From an uncultured cyanobacterium (lineage in GTDB: Bacteria > Cyanobacteriota > Cyanobacteriia > Phormidesmidales > Phormidesmidaceae), in contig CAWBZI010000006.1 of NCBI GenBank assembly GCA_963793265.1, positions 768,001 to 832,000 on the forward strand: a stretch of DNA of 64,000 nucleotides, read 5' to 3'. The translations under genes were made by a program, and so were the position numbers. Position 1 is the stretch's first letter, and every line of letters starts with the position of its first letter. The notes under the pieces are model-generated. The model did not search any database, had not been told where the DNA came from, and saw nothing but the letters and a program-made list of their open reading frames with translations. Positions 31,677 to 41,927 of the stretch are shown here, in pieces.

Positions 31677-31717
31677 GCTAACCTTTTCTTTGTCGTCCAT
31701 TTACCACCTCTTAACCC
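31677..31717 (+). promoter_or_regulatory. Candidate Pho box (SphR/PhoB site) upstream of phoX
   Basis: Octamers at 11-bp period: GCTAACCT (31677), CTTTGTCG (31688), ATTTACCA (31699), CTTAACCC (31710), against the cyanobacterial YTTAAYYW consensus. Confidence 0.6.
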
Positions 31718-31776
31718 AAGAATTATCATTTTCCGACATGGTAAGAAGCACTTACCAGTGAGAAAAGGTATTGCGC

Positions 31777-33993
31777 ATGAGTATTAAGCGTCGGCAATTT
31801 CTTCTATTTATGGGTGCGGCGGCCACAACCTCTGCAATTGGGCCTCTCGGCAGTCAAAAACAGAGCGCATCCCTCGTCAGCTCAATCGCAAACCAGGTGA
31901 CCGCAGGTGAGATCGTAGCCGCCGGGTCACCAGCACCGTTTGAACCGCTCAAAGGCCCGATGCCCTACGGCGCAATCCAAACCAGTGCCGAACAGCAGCC
32001 TTTGGAATACGCCCAGTATGCGATTCAAGATGACATTGTGCTACCTGAAGGCTTTACATATGACGTGATTGCCTCTTGGGGAGATCCGGTAGGCGACTCT
32101 CGCTTTGGTTATAACAACGACTACCTTTCATTTATTCCAACCGGCCCAGATGAAGGCTATCTAACCGTTAACTTCGAGTACATCAGCACGGAGACGTGGG
32201 AGCAAACTTATCCAGAAGTTATCGGCAAGGCTTTGCCTTTTGAAGACGTTAAGAAGGCGGTAGAAAGCGAGGAAGTCGATGCGTTTAGTTTGCCTGACGA
32301 TAGCGCACTTAAAGCTCAAATTAGAGAAATCTCAAAAGCAGCGCTGATCGATCAGGGGCTAGGCGTAATCGCTGTGCGCAAATCAGCCGATGGCCAGTGG
32401 GCGCGCGTACCTGGCTCAAACGACCGCCGCGTATCAGGCATATCCGGGCTAGAAGATGGCCGCTACTTAAAGACAACTGGCCCCGCAACGGCTGTGTTTA
32501 TGAAAAGTGAGGTGACTGGCTACACTGATGGACTAGGCAATAAAGCTATCGGGACTTTTGGCAACTGCGCAGGTGGAACAACGCCTTGGGGAACCGTTCT
32601 AAGCGCTGAGGAAAATATCCAAAATCAGGTGCCAGAGGCCGTTCATAAAGATGGGTCTTCTTTTGTACCGGGAGCAAGATCCTTTGATATCGGCTTCGAT
32701 GGTCAGGGTAATGTGTTGGGGCTAGCGGGCAATAAATACGGATGGATTGTGGAGATCGATCCAGCGAACGCGGATGACTATGGCACTAAGCACACTTGGC
32801 TGGGTCGGTATCGGCATGAGGCGGTAGGCGTGAGAGTTGAGGCGGGGAAGAAGCTGGCGTTTTATTCAGGGTGCGATCGCCGGGGCGGACACGTTTACAA
32901 ATTCATCAGCGCTGGCACCGTCACTAACCCAACAGACAAAGCAAACTCCACCCTGCTCTCAGATGGAATGCTCTACGCTGCAAAGCTTAATGCTGATGGC
33001 ACAGGGGAATGGATAGCGCTGAATCCAAGCACGCCTGTAGATCCCGTTTTGCCTAGCGAGGTGATGGGCGGCATGGTGACGTTGCCGAAGCGGCCTGATG
33101 GAGGATTTGAGGAGGTGGAAGATGATGCGATCGCCCTCCAGCTCAAAGAAAAATTCGCCACACTAGGCGATCTTTACGAAGGCAGCGACCTCGAAAAACA
33201 AGGCGCTATCCTCATTGACGCCCACTTCGCAGCCAATGCCGCCGGAGCCACCGCAACGGCTCGCCCAGAAGACACAATCGTTAATTCAGAAGGCACCCTT
33301 TTTATCGCCTTCACCTCTGGCACCCCAGGCGGCGACGGTGGCCCAGACAAAGCCATTTTTATTGGCCCCAACGGCGAATCCGACTACGAAGCTGGCTGGA
33401 TTGTGAAATTCACCGAAACCAACAACGACCCGGCTGCGCTCACCTTCAACTGGGAAAAAGTCGTCGCAGGTGGCGAGCCTACAGACGGCGGCTTTGGATT
33501 TGCTAATCCAGACAACCTAGAGTTCGACAGCAAAGGCAACCTGTGGACAGTCACCGATATGTCTACGAGCACGCACAATAAGCCTGTCCCATCTCAGCGC
33601 AAAGACGAGGAGGGCAAACCCATCAGCGGCAAAGACTTATTGGGGCTATACGGCAATAACTCTCTTTGGCAAATTAGCCTCACGGGTGAAACTGCCGGGG
33701 AAGCGAAAATGTTCGCCTACGGCCCAATGGAATGCGAGCTAACCGGGCCATTTTTTACAGAGGATGATAGCACCCTGTTCATAGCAGCGCAGCATCCTGG
33801 TGAAAAGAACGGTGCGCGTCAAGCGATGGCATCTGAAATCCGCGAGTTTGAAATGAAGACAACCGCAGGGGAAACTTTTTTACAGCGACGTGAGGTGCCA
33901 GTAGGTTCTAATTGGCCTGGTAAAACAGAAAGCTCTTTACCAAAACCGTCAGTAGTCGCAATCAGACGGGCAGCAGGCGGTAGCATAGCTTAA
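31777..33993 (+). CDS. phoX: PhoX-family alkaline phosphatase (DUF839), Tat-exported
   Basis: KRRQFL twin-arginine signal, FGYNND, NCAGGTTPWGTVLSAEEN, LGRYRHEA, ANPDNL, ECELTGP, QHPGE. Confidence 0.93.
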   Translation: MSIKRRQFLLFMGAAATTSAIGPLGSQKQSASLVSSIANQVTAGEIVAAGSPAPFEPLKGPMPYGAIQTSAEQQPLEYAQYAIQDDIVLPEGFTYDVIASWGDPVGDSRFGYNNDYLSFIPTGPDEGYLTVNFEYISTETWEQTYPEVIGKALPFEDVKKAVESEEVDAFSLPDDSALKAQIREISKAALIDQGLGVIAVRKSADGQWARVPGSNDRRVSGISGLEDGRYLKTTGPATAVFMKSEVTGYTDGLGNKAIGTFGNCAGGTTPWGTVLSAEENIQNQVPEAVHKDGSSFVPGARSFDIGFDGQGNVLGLAGNKYGWIVEIDPANADDYGTKHTWLGRYRHEAVGVRVEAGKKLAFYSGCDRRGGHVYKFISAGTVTNPTDKANSTLLSDGMLYAAKLNADGTGEWIALNPSTPVDPVLPSEVMGGMVTLPKRPDGGFEEVEDDAIALQLKEKFATLGDLYEGSDLEKQGAILIDAHFAANAAGATATARPEDTIVNSEGTLFIAFTSGTPGGDGGPDKAIFIGPNGESDYEAGWIVKFTETNNDPAALTFNWEKVVAGGEPTDGGFGFANPDNLEFDSKGNLWTVTDMSTSTHNKPVPSQRKDEEGKPISGKDLLGLYGNNSLWQISLTGETAGEAKMFAYGPMECELTGPFFTEDDSTLFIAAQHPGEKNGARQAMASEIREFEMKTTAGETFLQRREVPVGSNWPGKTESSLPKPSVVAIRRAAGGSIA

Positions 33994-34027
33994 TCTTTGC
34001 ATTAAGCCGCTGTGCTTCTCCCCTGAT

Positions 34028-34669
34028 ATGTCCCTTTCTCAAAAACTCTGGCAGGCAAATCAAGACTTAGCCAAAGCCTCTCTAAACAACCCGTTTGTTC
34101 AGGGCATTAGTGACGGCTCCTTACCTGCCGATAAGTTCGCCTACTACGTCGGACAAGACGCATTCTTCTTAGAATCCTTTGCACGTGCATACAGCGTTTG
34201 CGCAGCTAAAGCGCCTACGTGGGAGAGCTTTCAAACGTTTCATGCCCTAGCAGAAGGCGTTTTACAGGAGCTAAACCTACACAAAAGCTATGCACAGTCT
34301 TGGAACGTAGATATCACAAGCGTTGAACCTGACACAGCCACACGTCAGTACACTGATTTTTTACTGTCAACAGCCTGGAGTCAGCCTATAGCAACAACGG
34401 CTGTCGCCATGTCGCCCTGTATGCGTCTGTACGCCTACTTAGGACAGACGCTTCTCCATAAAAGAGGGACTAACAATACAAATGCCATAGATTCTAATCC
34501 TTATAAAGACTGGATAGAAACCTATGGCAGTGATGATTTTGAGCCTTTGGCCACGCAGCTAGAGGCTATTGTCGATGAGCATTCTGAAGATACGCAGGTC
34601 ATACGCTCAACGTATCGGTATGCGATGACCTGCGAACGAGACTTTTTCCAAGCAGCTTGGCATCAATAA
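34028..34669 (+). CDS. tenA: TenA family thiaminase II / HMP salvage protein
   Basis: FAYYVGQDAFFL, PCMRLY, YKDWIETY, ERDFF. Confidence 0.9.
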   Translation: MSLSQKLWQANQDLAKASLNNPFVQGISDGSLPADKFAYYVGQDAFFLESFARAYSVCAAKAPTWESFQTFHALAEGVLQELNLHKSYAQSWNVDITSVEPDTATRQYTDFLLSTAWSQPIATTAVAMSPCMRLYAYLGQTLLHKRGTNNTNAIDSNPYKDWIETYGSDDFEPLATQLEAIVDEHSEDTQVIRSTYRYAMTCERDFFQAAWHQ

Positions 34670-34696
34670 ACGTCAGACGCAAGCTACGTGAAAGCC

Positions 34697-34984
34697 CTAT
34701 TCTTCAACGTACATTTCAGGCTCAATGGCAAAGTTATTCATTCGACCTGAGTCATCAACAACAAATCCGCCTGTTGTCTTTAAATCAGAGCCTTCTTCAC
34801 TCTCTTTAGCAGCAGCAATGTCCTCTTTGTCCTCTTCAGGGTGACCGCCGGGCATTGACTTTGTGCCGGGTGGCTGTACGGCGTCACCGACTGGCTGAGC
34901 AACTTGTACGGCCCACTGATCGCCTGCCGCACCTTTTCCAGGTTCTGCTTCAGTTTGGATATTTTCGTTTTGATTAGTCGCCAT
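34697..34984 (-). CDS. Small acidic protein with a C-terminal Psb34/Ssl1498-like motif
   Basis: 95 aa, ends GFVVDDSGRMNNFAIEPEMYVEE; no hydrophobic helix. Confidence 0.75.
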   Translation of the reverse strand: MATNQNENIQTEAEPGKGAAGDQWAVQVAQPVGDAVQPPGTKSMPGGHPEEDKEDIAAAKESEEGSDLKTTGGFVVDDSGRMNNFAIEPEMYVEE

Positions 34985-35107
34985 AAAAAGGGCTCCTTCT
35001 ACTTACGTATGTCATCATCTAACTTAAGAGGAATGAGCTACCTAGCGCGTCTTACGTTAGATGAGCTTTCGTTCTATCAATAGTGATATTTTTACAGCGC
35101 TCGTTTT

Positions 35108-35713
35108 TTAGTTGGGTAGCGCAAAGTCGTAGTGTTCCTTAGCCGTCCACATTTTGCCATCGTACGCTAGCAGCGTAAGCTGATGAACGGTGAAATCGAA
35201 ATGGATTTCTTGGTGTTCAAAAACTGACCACGCCTTGCGAAACATGTTGGGCTTGAGATCGCGGAAGGCGACGGTAAGGTGGGGGACAAATGAGCGGTTG
35301 CGATCGCGCTTACTCACCAACCCAATCTGCTCCTCCAAATAATCCAAGAGCTTAGACTGAACCGTCATCAGGCGATCGCGCTTCACTACATTGATATAAA
35401 TCACGTGCGGCGCAAACGCAGCGAAGCCATTAAGCGTCATTGGAATCGGCGCTTGCGTAGCGGCAAAGGCATTCAACGCGCTGCCAAGGTTAGCGACATC
35501 TCTTACAGGCCAATCGAAAGGAGCTAGTAGGGTGACATGAGGCGGAGAGCGGAAGGCGGCTTTGCTAGCGTAGCGATCGCGCATCACACCTTTTATCTCA
35601 TTCGCCTTTACCCGTACTTCCTCAGGCGGCAGCAGTCCGACAAAAAAACGCTTACAGACTGGCGGCGGTGACTTCGACCTTTCATTAAGTTCCACAGATT
35701 TTTCAATGGCCAT
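35108..35713 (-). CDS. 2H phosphoesterase (2'-5' RNA ligase family)
   Basis: Two HxT motifs: PPHVTL and PHLTV. Confidence 0.9.
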   Translation of the reverse strand: MAIEKSVELNERSKSPPPVCKRFFVGLLPPEEVRVKANEIKGVMRDRYASKAAFRSPPHVTLLAPFDWPVRDVANLGSALNAFAATQAPIPMTLNGFAAFAPHVIYINVVKRDRLMTVQSKLLDYLEEQIGLVSKRDRNRSFVPHLTVAFRDLKPNMFRKAWSVFEHQEIHFDFTVHQLTLLAYDGKMWTAKEHYDFALPN

Positions 35714-35749
35714 AGAATAGTCTGTTTAGAGGAGGCACAAGGAATCGCG

Positions 35750-36037
35750 ATGGCATGGTTCGTCAAAATTGAGCGCGGCATTGTTGACAAGCCCAGATTC
35801 GATCAGTTCGTAGGCGCTCATGTTGCATACGTTAACAGCTTGAATTTAAAAGGGCATCAAGCAAGCAGTGGATATTGGGCGGAGCGCGGCGGCGGTATGC
35901 TCATTTTTGAAGCCGATTCTATGGACGCGGCCAAAGCAATCATTGAGGCTGATCCCCTAATTTCTAACAACTGTGTCACCTATGAGATGCATGAATGGTG
36001 TCTTGTCGCACATCCTGACAAAAATTCTTCAACATAA
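35750..36037 (+). CDS. YciI family protein
   Basis: AHVAYV, SGYW..GGGMLIFEA...ADPLI. Confidence 0.88.
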   Translation: MAWFVKIERGIVDKPRFDQFVGAHVAYVNSLNLKGHQASSGYWAERGGGMLIFEADSMDAAKAIIEADPLISNNCVTYEMHEWCLVAHPDKNSST

Positions 36038-36135
36038 ATCTTAAGACGACGCGATACGAGCGCAGGCTGATGTCAGAAATGGCAGCGAGCCTCTAGACTT
36101 AAAACGCTAAGAACTCTTCAAACACTGACTTCATC

Positions 36136-36627
36136 ATGGCCAAACCCGGCAAAGATAGCGGCGGCGGTGGCATCAAAATTGCAGCGAACAATCGCCAGGC
36201 CCGCTTTCAATACGAAATTTTAGACACCTACGAAGCAGGCGTCGCGCTGCTGGGCACTGAGGTGAAATCTATCCGCGAAGGCAAAGTGAACTTGCAGGAT
36301 GGATTTGCCAACGTCAAACGAGGTGAAGTGTGGCTGCATAACGTGCATATTTCGCCGCACAGAATGACGAATTTGGCCTACAACCACGAGCCGCGTCGGG
36401 TTCGCAAGCTGCTACTGCATAAGCAGGAAATCCGTAAGCTGATTGGTCAGACTGAGCAAAAGGGCTTAACGTTGGTGCCGCTCAAAATGTACTTTAAGGA
36501 TGGAAAGATTAAGGTCAGCATTGCGCTGGGCAGAGGTAAAAAGCTGCACGACAAGCGCGAAAGCCTGAAGAAAAAGCAGGACAATCGCGAGATGGCAAGG
36601 GTGATGAAGAGTCGAGGCCAGGAATAA
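36136..36627 (+). CDS. smpB: SsrA-binding protein
   Basis: NRQARFQY, EAGVALLGTEVKS, RKLLLHKQEI, GKKLHDKR. Confidence 0.98.
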   Translation: MAKPGKDSGGGGIKIAANNRQARFQYEILDTYEAGVALLGTEVKSIREGKVNLQDGFANVKRGEVWLHNVHISPHRMTNLAYNHEPRRVRKLLLHKQEIRKLIGQTEQKGLTLVPLKMYFKDGKIKVSIALGRGKKLHDKRESLKKKQDNREMARVMKSRGQE

Positions 36628-36628
36628 C

Positions 36629-38254
36629 CTACCGCGAATGACCTACCGCGGTTACTTGCAGTGGTTGCTCACAGGTCGCCCGATCAATGGTCGCGACCAC
36701 CTGTTCATAAATGTCCTCAGCTTCTTGCGGCGTGTTGCCAATGCAGGTAAGCCCCAGCTTGCCGTGCTCGCTCAAGCAGCCCATCAGGTGAAACACCACG
36801 CCCACGCCATCAATAGAGCTGAAGTGCAGTTGCTCGCCCATGATGATATCCATCAGGTCGTTAGGCAGTAGCCCTTTGTACGCCTGATTTTGCAGGTTAT
36901 CAGAGGCGCGATAGTATTTTGCCTGACCGTTTTTGGTGTAGAACTTACCGTCTTTGAGGCTGTAAGTCCCATTGGTCAGCAGCTTTAGCGCCATGAATGG
37001 ATGCGTTGTGCCACCTTTGCGTAAGTTGATTTCAATTGCATTCAGTTCCCAAGGATTAGCCACGTTCTCAGGATTATGTACGGCGATAAAGTCTACGCTA
37101 TAGCGCTCTAGTGCGCCTTTGGCTGCTAAGTTCTTGCCCACTTTACGGCCCATATCTTGCAGCGCCATTCGATAGGCGTCAGCAGCCGGGAATGTGCAGC
37201 CTAGAAAGATTTGACCGTCAGGGCCACCTAATACCTGATCATGAGTGGAAAGGATTTCGACATCCCCTTTGGGGGTAACGCGCCCCTGTACGCTTGGGGA
37301 GTATTTTTCCTCGCCTTCGATAAAGGCTTCTGCGATCGCACCCAACTCCTCAATCTTCCGCTCAAACGAAGCCCAAGTCTCGGTATTACACTGAAACCGC
37401 AGCTCAGGCAAAGCCCCTTCAATTGCAGCTACTCGCGCATCGTGACTTGCCTTACCTGGAGCCACATCAGCCAGCGGCTTCAGCGAAAATAGAGCATTCC
37501 CCTCACCCGAGAATCCTTCATTGAGCTTAATGACAATTCGCTGCAACTCGGGCTGTCGCTCCCACAGCGCTGCCGTCACCTCAGACAAGTCCGCCGTGTT
37601 ATGCGTTAGCTCGCTACCGTCTGGCAAAGGCAAACCGCACTCGGTAAAGATCTGACGACTGCCGCCCTTAGTCCCCCAGTACAAAAGATCAGGATTGACC
37701 GCAAGCAAAGGCAAATCTAGCGTGAGCGCCAAGTCCCGCTCTAGCTCGGTAGAGTTGTAGCAGGTCATGTAGGCTTCATCAGGCTTGATTTTGGCTTTAA
37801 TACGCCGCATGAGCCTGGGTCGGGCCAGGATTTTCTCTGAGAGCGGGCGGAGGGAGGAGTCGTAGGTGGCGAAAAGATCGAGGCGATCGCGCGCATGAGA
37901 ACTCGGAATCCCCGGCAGTAGCTCTAGATAATAGTCCACGATGCTCGGATGCAATGGCTGAGACGTGACGTAGATAATCCGCGTCTCTGGATTGCGCAAG
38001 CGGATTAGCGAAAACAGCAGGCGCTCCTCGTAGTGATGAACGCCTTTCACCTTCATCAGCTCAGCCTGATCGAGGCTCAGCGAAGGCACTACTAAAATTT
38101 GCCGGGGCTGTCGGTCAAAATCATCAATCGATCGCCATCGGTTAGGCAGCTCGGCCTGCAATCGCAAAAACTTTTTGGCAATCTCATCGGTATCAGCTTC
38201 CAGGCTACTTGCTGAAATATGATCTTGACGAAAAGGTGCTTCAGCTATGGCCAT
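36629..38254 (-). CDS. ATP-grasp peptide ligase, PGM1-related
   Basis: HYEERLLF, KLNEGFSGEGN, SPSVQ, STHDQVLGG, IEINLRKGGTTHP; start ATG 38254 with GGAGG RBS. Confidence 0.82.
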   Translation of the reverse strand: MAIAEAPFRQDHISASSLEADTDEIAKKFLRLQAELPNRWRSIDDFDRQPRQILVVPSLSLDQAELMKVKGVHHYEERLLFSLIRLRNPETRIIYVTSQPLHPSIVDYYLELLPGIPSSHARDRLDLFATYDSSLRPLSEKILARPRLMRRIKAKIKPDEAYMTCYNSTELERDLALTLDLPLLAVNPDLLYWGTKGGSRQIFTECGLPLPDGSELTHNTADLSEVTAALWERQPELQRIVIKLNEGFSGEGNALFSLKPLADVAPGKASHDARVAAIEGALPELRFQCNTETWASFERKIEELGAIAEAFIEGEEKYSPSVQGRVTPKGDVEILSTHDQVLGGPDGQIFLGCTFPAADAYRMALQDMGRKVGKNLAAKGALERYSVDFIAVHNPENVANPWELNAIEINLRKGGTTHPFMALKLLTNGTYSLKDGKFYTKNGQAKYYRASDNLQNQAYKGLLPNDLMDIIMGEQLHFSSIDGVGVVFHLMGCLSEHGKLGLTCIGNTPQEAEDIYEQVVATIDRATCEQPLQVTAVGHSR

Positions 38255-38395
38255 GGGTGCCTCCAGGTGCGATCGCAATCAAAAACAAAGATAGGTGTCC
38301 TAATCATTAGAGCTTAATACGCACGCGGATCAGCAGCCTTATCCCTATCGACGGGATTTTCACCCACTGGCGCTAGAAAGATAAAACCTGAGAGC

Positions 38396-38433
38396 AAAAA
38401 AAGTCGGTGCAACTCATAGAGAACTACACCGAC
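38396..38433 (-). terminator. Intrinsic terminator of sigF
   Basis: Minus strand GUCGGUGUAGUUC-UCUAU-GAGUUGCACCGAC followed by U7. Confidence 0.85.
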
Positions 38434-38496
38434 CGATTCACTTAGGTGAGCCGAGGACAACGGCTAAGGAAACATGAAAAAACGGAAAGTCTAATA

Positions 38497-39288
38497 TTAA
38501 GGATCAGTTTGCAGCTCTTGCTGTGGCTGCAAATAAGCGATCATTTGCTCAACACCGCGCTGAATGCGACGTGTGACCGTCATGGGGCTCACACCGATGC
38601 GCTCAGCAACTTCCTTACGAGAAAGCCCTTTGAAAAACACAAACTCAATAGCAGAGCGCGTCTTTTCTTCAAGCTGGTTCATCGCCCGCTGAATCTGCTG
38701 ACGGTCTTCTTCCAAACCCTGCAACATCATGTAGTGAATATCAGGCAGCGTATCGCCCAGCGTAATGCTCGAATCAATTTGGTGGCAGACAGTCGCATCT
38801 AGGCTCAGCGGCATCCGATTTTTGTTCGCCATCTTTACCTGTCTCCACTCTTGTACAGAGACATTAACCGCTTCAGCCATTTCAATATCAGAGGGCTGAC
38901 GGCCATAGCGGCGGATGAGTTCAGCCTGCTTCTTTTGGCCTTCTTTTTGCAAGTCTTGCCAGCGACGAGGAATTTTTACGGTGGTGCCGCGATCGCGCAA
39001 AAAGTGGAGCATTTCACCACGAATGTAAGGCACTGCAAAAGAGCTAAACGCACAGCCCTGGCCAGGATCAAAACGCTCAATAGAACGAATCAAACCGATA
39101 TAGCCAATCTGCTCAAGATCTTCATAAGGCTCAGCACACTGATGACTAACGCGGTGGGCAATCTTACGAACCAAACCAGCATTGAGGCGAACAAGCTGAT
39201 TACGGAGCCGAACTGATTTATCTACCTTGTACTGCATGAGCAGTTCCATACCGCGAGAACGAAGCTGAGCTGATTTTGAAGAAGCCAT
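38497..39288 (-). CDS. sigF: Group 3 sigma factor SigF (SigJ in Nostoc nomenclature)
   Basis: HQCAEPYEDLEQIGYIGLIRSIERFDP..FSSFAVPYIRGEMLHFLRD, region 4 GVSPMTVTRR; alternative start 39342. Confidence 0.9.
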   Translation of the reverse strand: MASSKSAQLRSRGMELLMQYKVDKSVRLRNQLVRLNAGLVRKIAHRVSHQCAEPYEDLEQIGYIGLIRSIERFDPGQGCAFSSFAVPYIRGEMLHFLRDRGTTVKIPRRWQDLQKEGQKKQAELIRRYGRQPSDIEMAEAVNVSVQEWRQVKMANKNRMPLSLDATVCHQIDSSITLGDTLPDIHYMMLQGLEEDRQQIQRAMNQLEEKTRSAIEFVFFKGLSRKEVAERIGVSPMTVTRRIQRGVEQMIAYLQPQQELQTDP

Positions 39289-39882
39289 GTTAATTGCAGT
39301 GATTACTGCATCGAAGCGAGCGTTTGCGTGAATTGAATTCATTTTCGGGAACAGCCCCTTTACTCACCATCGTTGAAACACGGTAGTCGCTAACTAGGCA
39401 CCCCAATATGGTCAGCGGATACACGCACAAAGACGCATTTCGCACACATCTTCCCAAATGCAAAACGCCCTGCTAAAAGCCACTCCAGCTATCAAATTCA
39501 GTAAATATTCTGAAAAAACTATTTAACCCAACAAATTATTTTAGAATCGCCTTTTGCTTCCCTTGCACCTCAAAAACGCCCATCATCTGCACCGAGTTTT
39601 CACGGAAACTAGCCTTCATTTTCAGCTACGCATAGCATCAGTAACTTCCATCATTCTTCGCTCCAGAAATATCAATTTGAGTTGATAAAAAGTACCCAGC
39701 CGACACAAAAGAGTTCAAACCGTTAGCCTACGAAGCGATATTTCTTAAGCCGGGCTTTATAAAGTGGCCAGATAAAATAGCGAGCCGAAAAGAATATTAA
39801 GGGTGGAGAGCCGTAATGCCGCAGCCCTGTAAATTCAGTACAATTCAGATTAGATAACTCTTTTAGGACAACCCTTTAGCTA

Positions 39883-40611
39883 ATGAGTAACACCAGTAAT
39901 TTTCGCAAAGCCATTCGCGATGCTCAGGGCGGCTCGATTATCGGCCCTAACGTCATTGCCAATGCCCTTCCCTACGTCGGCGGCGGTCTGATTCTCACCG
40001 CTTTAGGTACTTTCGGCGGACTCAACGTTCAAGCCGCTAGACCTGATATCTTCATGCCCACGTTCATCGTGGCAATCATTGCCGAGCTAGTTCTATTCTT
40101 CGTCGCTCGCAGCGTTGCGCTTAAAGGTAATAACTCAGTCGCTTTACCGCTGCTAGCAACCTACGGCCTGTTATCTGGCTACACCCTAAGCGGTATTGTT
40201 GGCATCGCCTTAGCTAGCAGCGGCGTAGGTCTTACGGGTGTAGGTGCTGCTGCATTAGGCTGCGGTGTTACGTTCATCGCCGCCAAACCAATTGGCTCCA
40301 ACCTCTCAGAAGAAGACGGCTTTGCTCTCACTAAAACTATTCAGCTCGGCATCATCGCGCTGATAGTGGTAATCGTCGGTCAGCTCGTATTTAGCCTGTT
40401 TGGCGTAGGCACCCCTGGCTTCCTTGAAATCGCCATTTCTGCCATCGGCGTGCTGCTATTCGTTGGCGCAGCCGTTGTAGACTTCTTCATTCTGCCTCGC
40501 ACCTACCGCGACGATCAGGCCATTCCCGCCGCGCTGTCGATGTATCTCACTTACATCAATTTGTTTGTCTTCATCCTGCGCCTATTGATCGCTATCAACG
40601 GCAGAGACTAG
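39883..40611 (+). CDS. Bax inhibitor-1/YccA family membrane protein
   Basis: About 7 hydrophobic segments; C-terminal ALSMYLTYINLFVFILRLL. Confidence 0.9.
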   Translation: MSNTSNFRKAIRDAQGGSIIGPNVIANALPYVGGGLILTALGTFGGLNVQAARPDIFMPTFIVAIIAELVLFFVARSVALKGNNSVALPLLATYGLLSGYTLSGIVGIALASSGVGLTGVGAAALGCGVTFIAAKPIGSNLSEEDGFALTKTIQLGIIALIVVIVGQLVFSLFGVGTPGFLEIAISAIGVLLFVGAAVVDFFILPRTYRDDQAIPAALSMYLTYINLFVFILRLLIAINGRD

Positions 40612-40652
40612 ACTAAGTAACCAGTTCTCAGGCAATTCAGGTAATTAATATG

Positions 40653-40688
40653 AGGGGTCTGGATTTGGTTCAGACCCCTTTTGTTTTT
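40653..40688 (+). terminator. Intrinsic terminator after the YccA-family gene
   Basis: AGGGGTCTGGA-TTTGG-TTCAGACCCCT followed by TTTGTTTTT. Confidence 0.85.
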
Positions 40689-40713
40689 GACTTAATCCTC
40701 AAACAACACGTTT

Positions 40714-41839
40714 ATGTTCGATACCACCACCCTCAAACAAGAAATCGATTCAATCGCTGAGCGCCTGGGCAAAGCTCAGGACTATCTTTGACATTCCTGC
40801 CCTCAATGCCAAAATCAATGACTTAGAGCAGCTATCCGCGCAGCCCGACTTTTGGGACGATCAGGCCAGTGCGCAAAAGCAGCTCCAAGAACTCAGCGAC
40901 TACAAGTCGAACTTAGATCAGGTGAAAGGCTGGTCTACAAGCTTGGAAGACTCGGGCGCGATTCTAGAGCTGTTAGAGCTAGAGGCGGATGAAGGTCTGC
41001 TATCTGAGGCTGAAAATACGGTCAACCAGCTCAATCGCGAGCTGGATCAATGGGAGCTACAGCAGCTTCTTTCTGGCCCCTACGATAAAGAGGGCGCAGT
41101 GCTGACGATCAATGCAGGTGCGGGGGGTACTGATGCTCAAGACTGGGCTGAAATGCTTTTGCGCATGTACACCCGATGGAGTGAGCAAAACGGCTATCGG
41201 CTCAGCATGGTCGAAAAGTCTGAGGGCGATGAGGCGGGCCTCAAGTCGGTGACGTTAGAGATAGAGGGGCGCTATGCCTATGGCTATCTCAAAGGTGAAA
41301 AAGGAACGCATCGTCTAGTCAGAATTTCGCCGTTTAATGCAAATGGCAAGCGGCAGACGAGCTTTGCGGGCGTAGAGGTGATGCCTATTCTTAATGATGA
41401 TGTCGAACTGGATATTCCTGATAAGGATCTAGAGGTTAAGACATCAAGATCGGGAGGTGCGGGCGGTCAGAATGTGAACAAGGTGGAGACGGCAGTTAGG
41501 GTAACGCATTTGCCAACGGGACTTTCGGTGCGGTGTACTCAGGAGCGATCGCAGCTCCAAAACAAAGAAAAAGCCATGGCCCTCTTGAAGTCTAAGCTCC
41601 TTGTCATTGCCCAAGAACAGCGCACCCAAGAAATTGCCGACATCCGAGGCGATATGGTGGAAGCGGCCTGGGGCAACCAGATTCGCAACTACGTTTTTCA
41701 TCCTTATCAGATGGTGAAAGATCTGCGCACAAATGTTGAAACCACGGCGGTATCCGATGTGATGGATGGCGATTTAGAAGCGTTTACACAGGCTTATTTG
41801 CGCCAAGAAAATCAAATGCTTCAGGAAAGCACCGTCTAA
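40714..41839 (+). CDS. prfB: Peptide chain release factor 2 with programmed +1 frameshift
   Basis: [25 protein letters not shown] then CTT TGA C at 40786-40792 with upstream AGGA; the +1 frame continues DIPALNAKI...FWDD into SPF and GGQ motifs. Confidence 0.97.
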
Positions 41840-41927
41840 AGAACTGCACAAGACCATCTCCTCATTTACGATAAATGAAAGGCAGCTACTCAAAATTCTG
41901 TCAACACAAATAAAACACAAACAAACC

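Noticed and set aside
39829..39841. NtcA-like palindrome GTA-AATTCAG-TAC
   Set aside because: Spacer is 7 nt, not the required 8.
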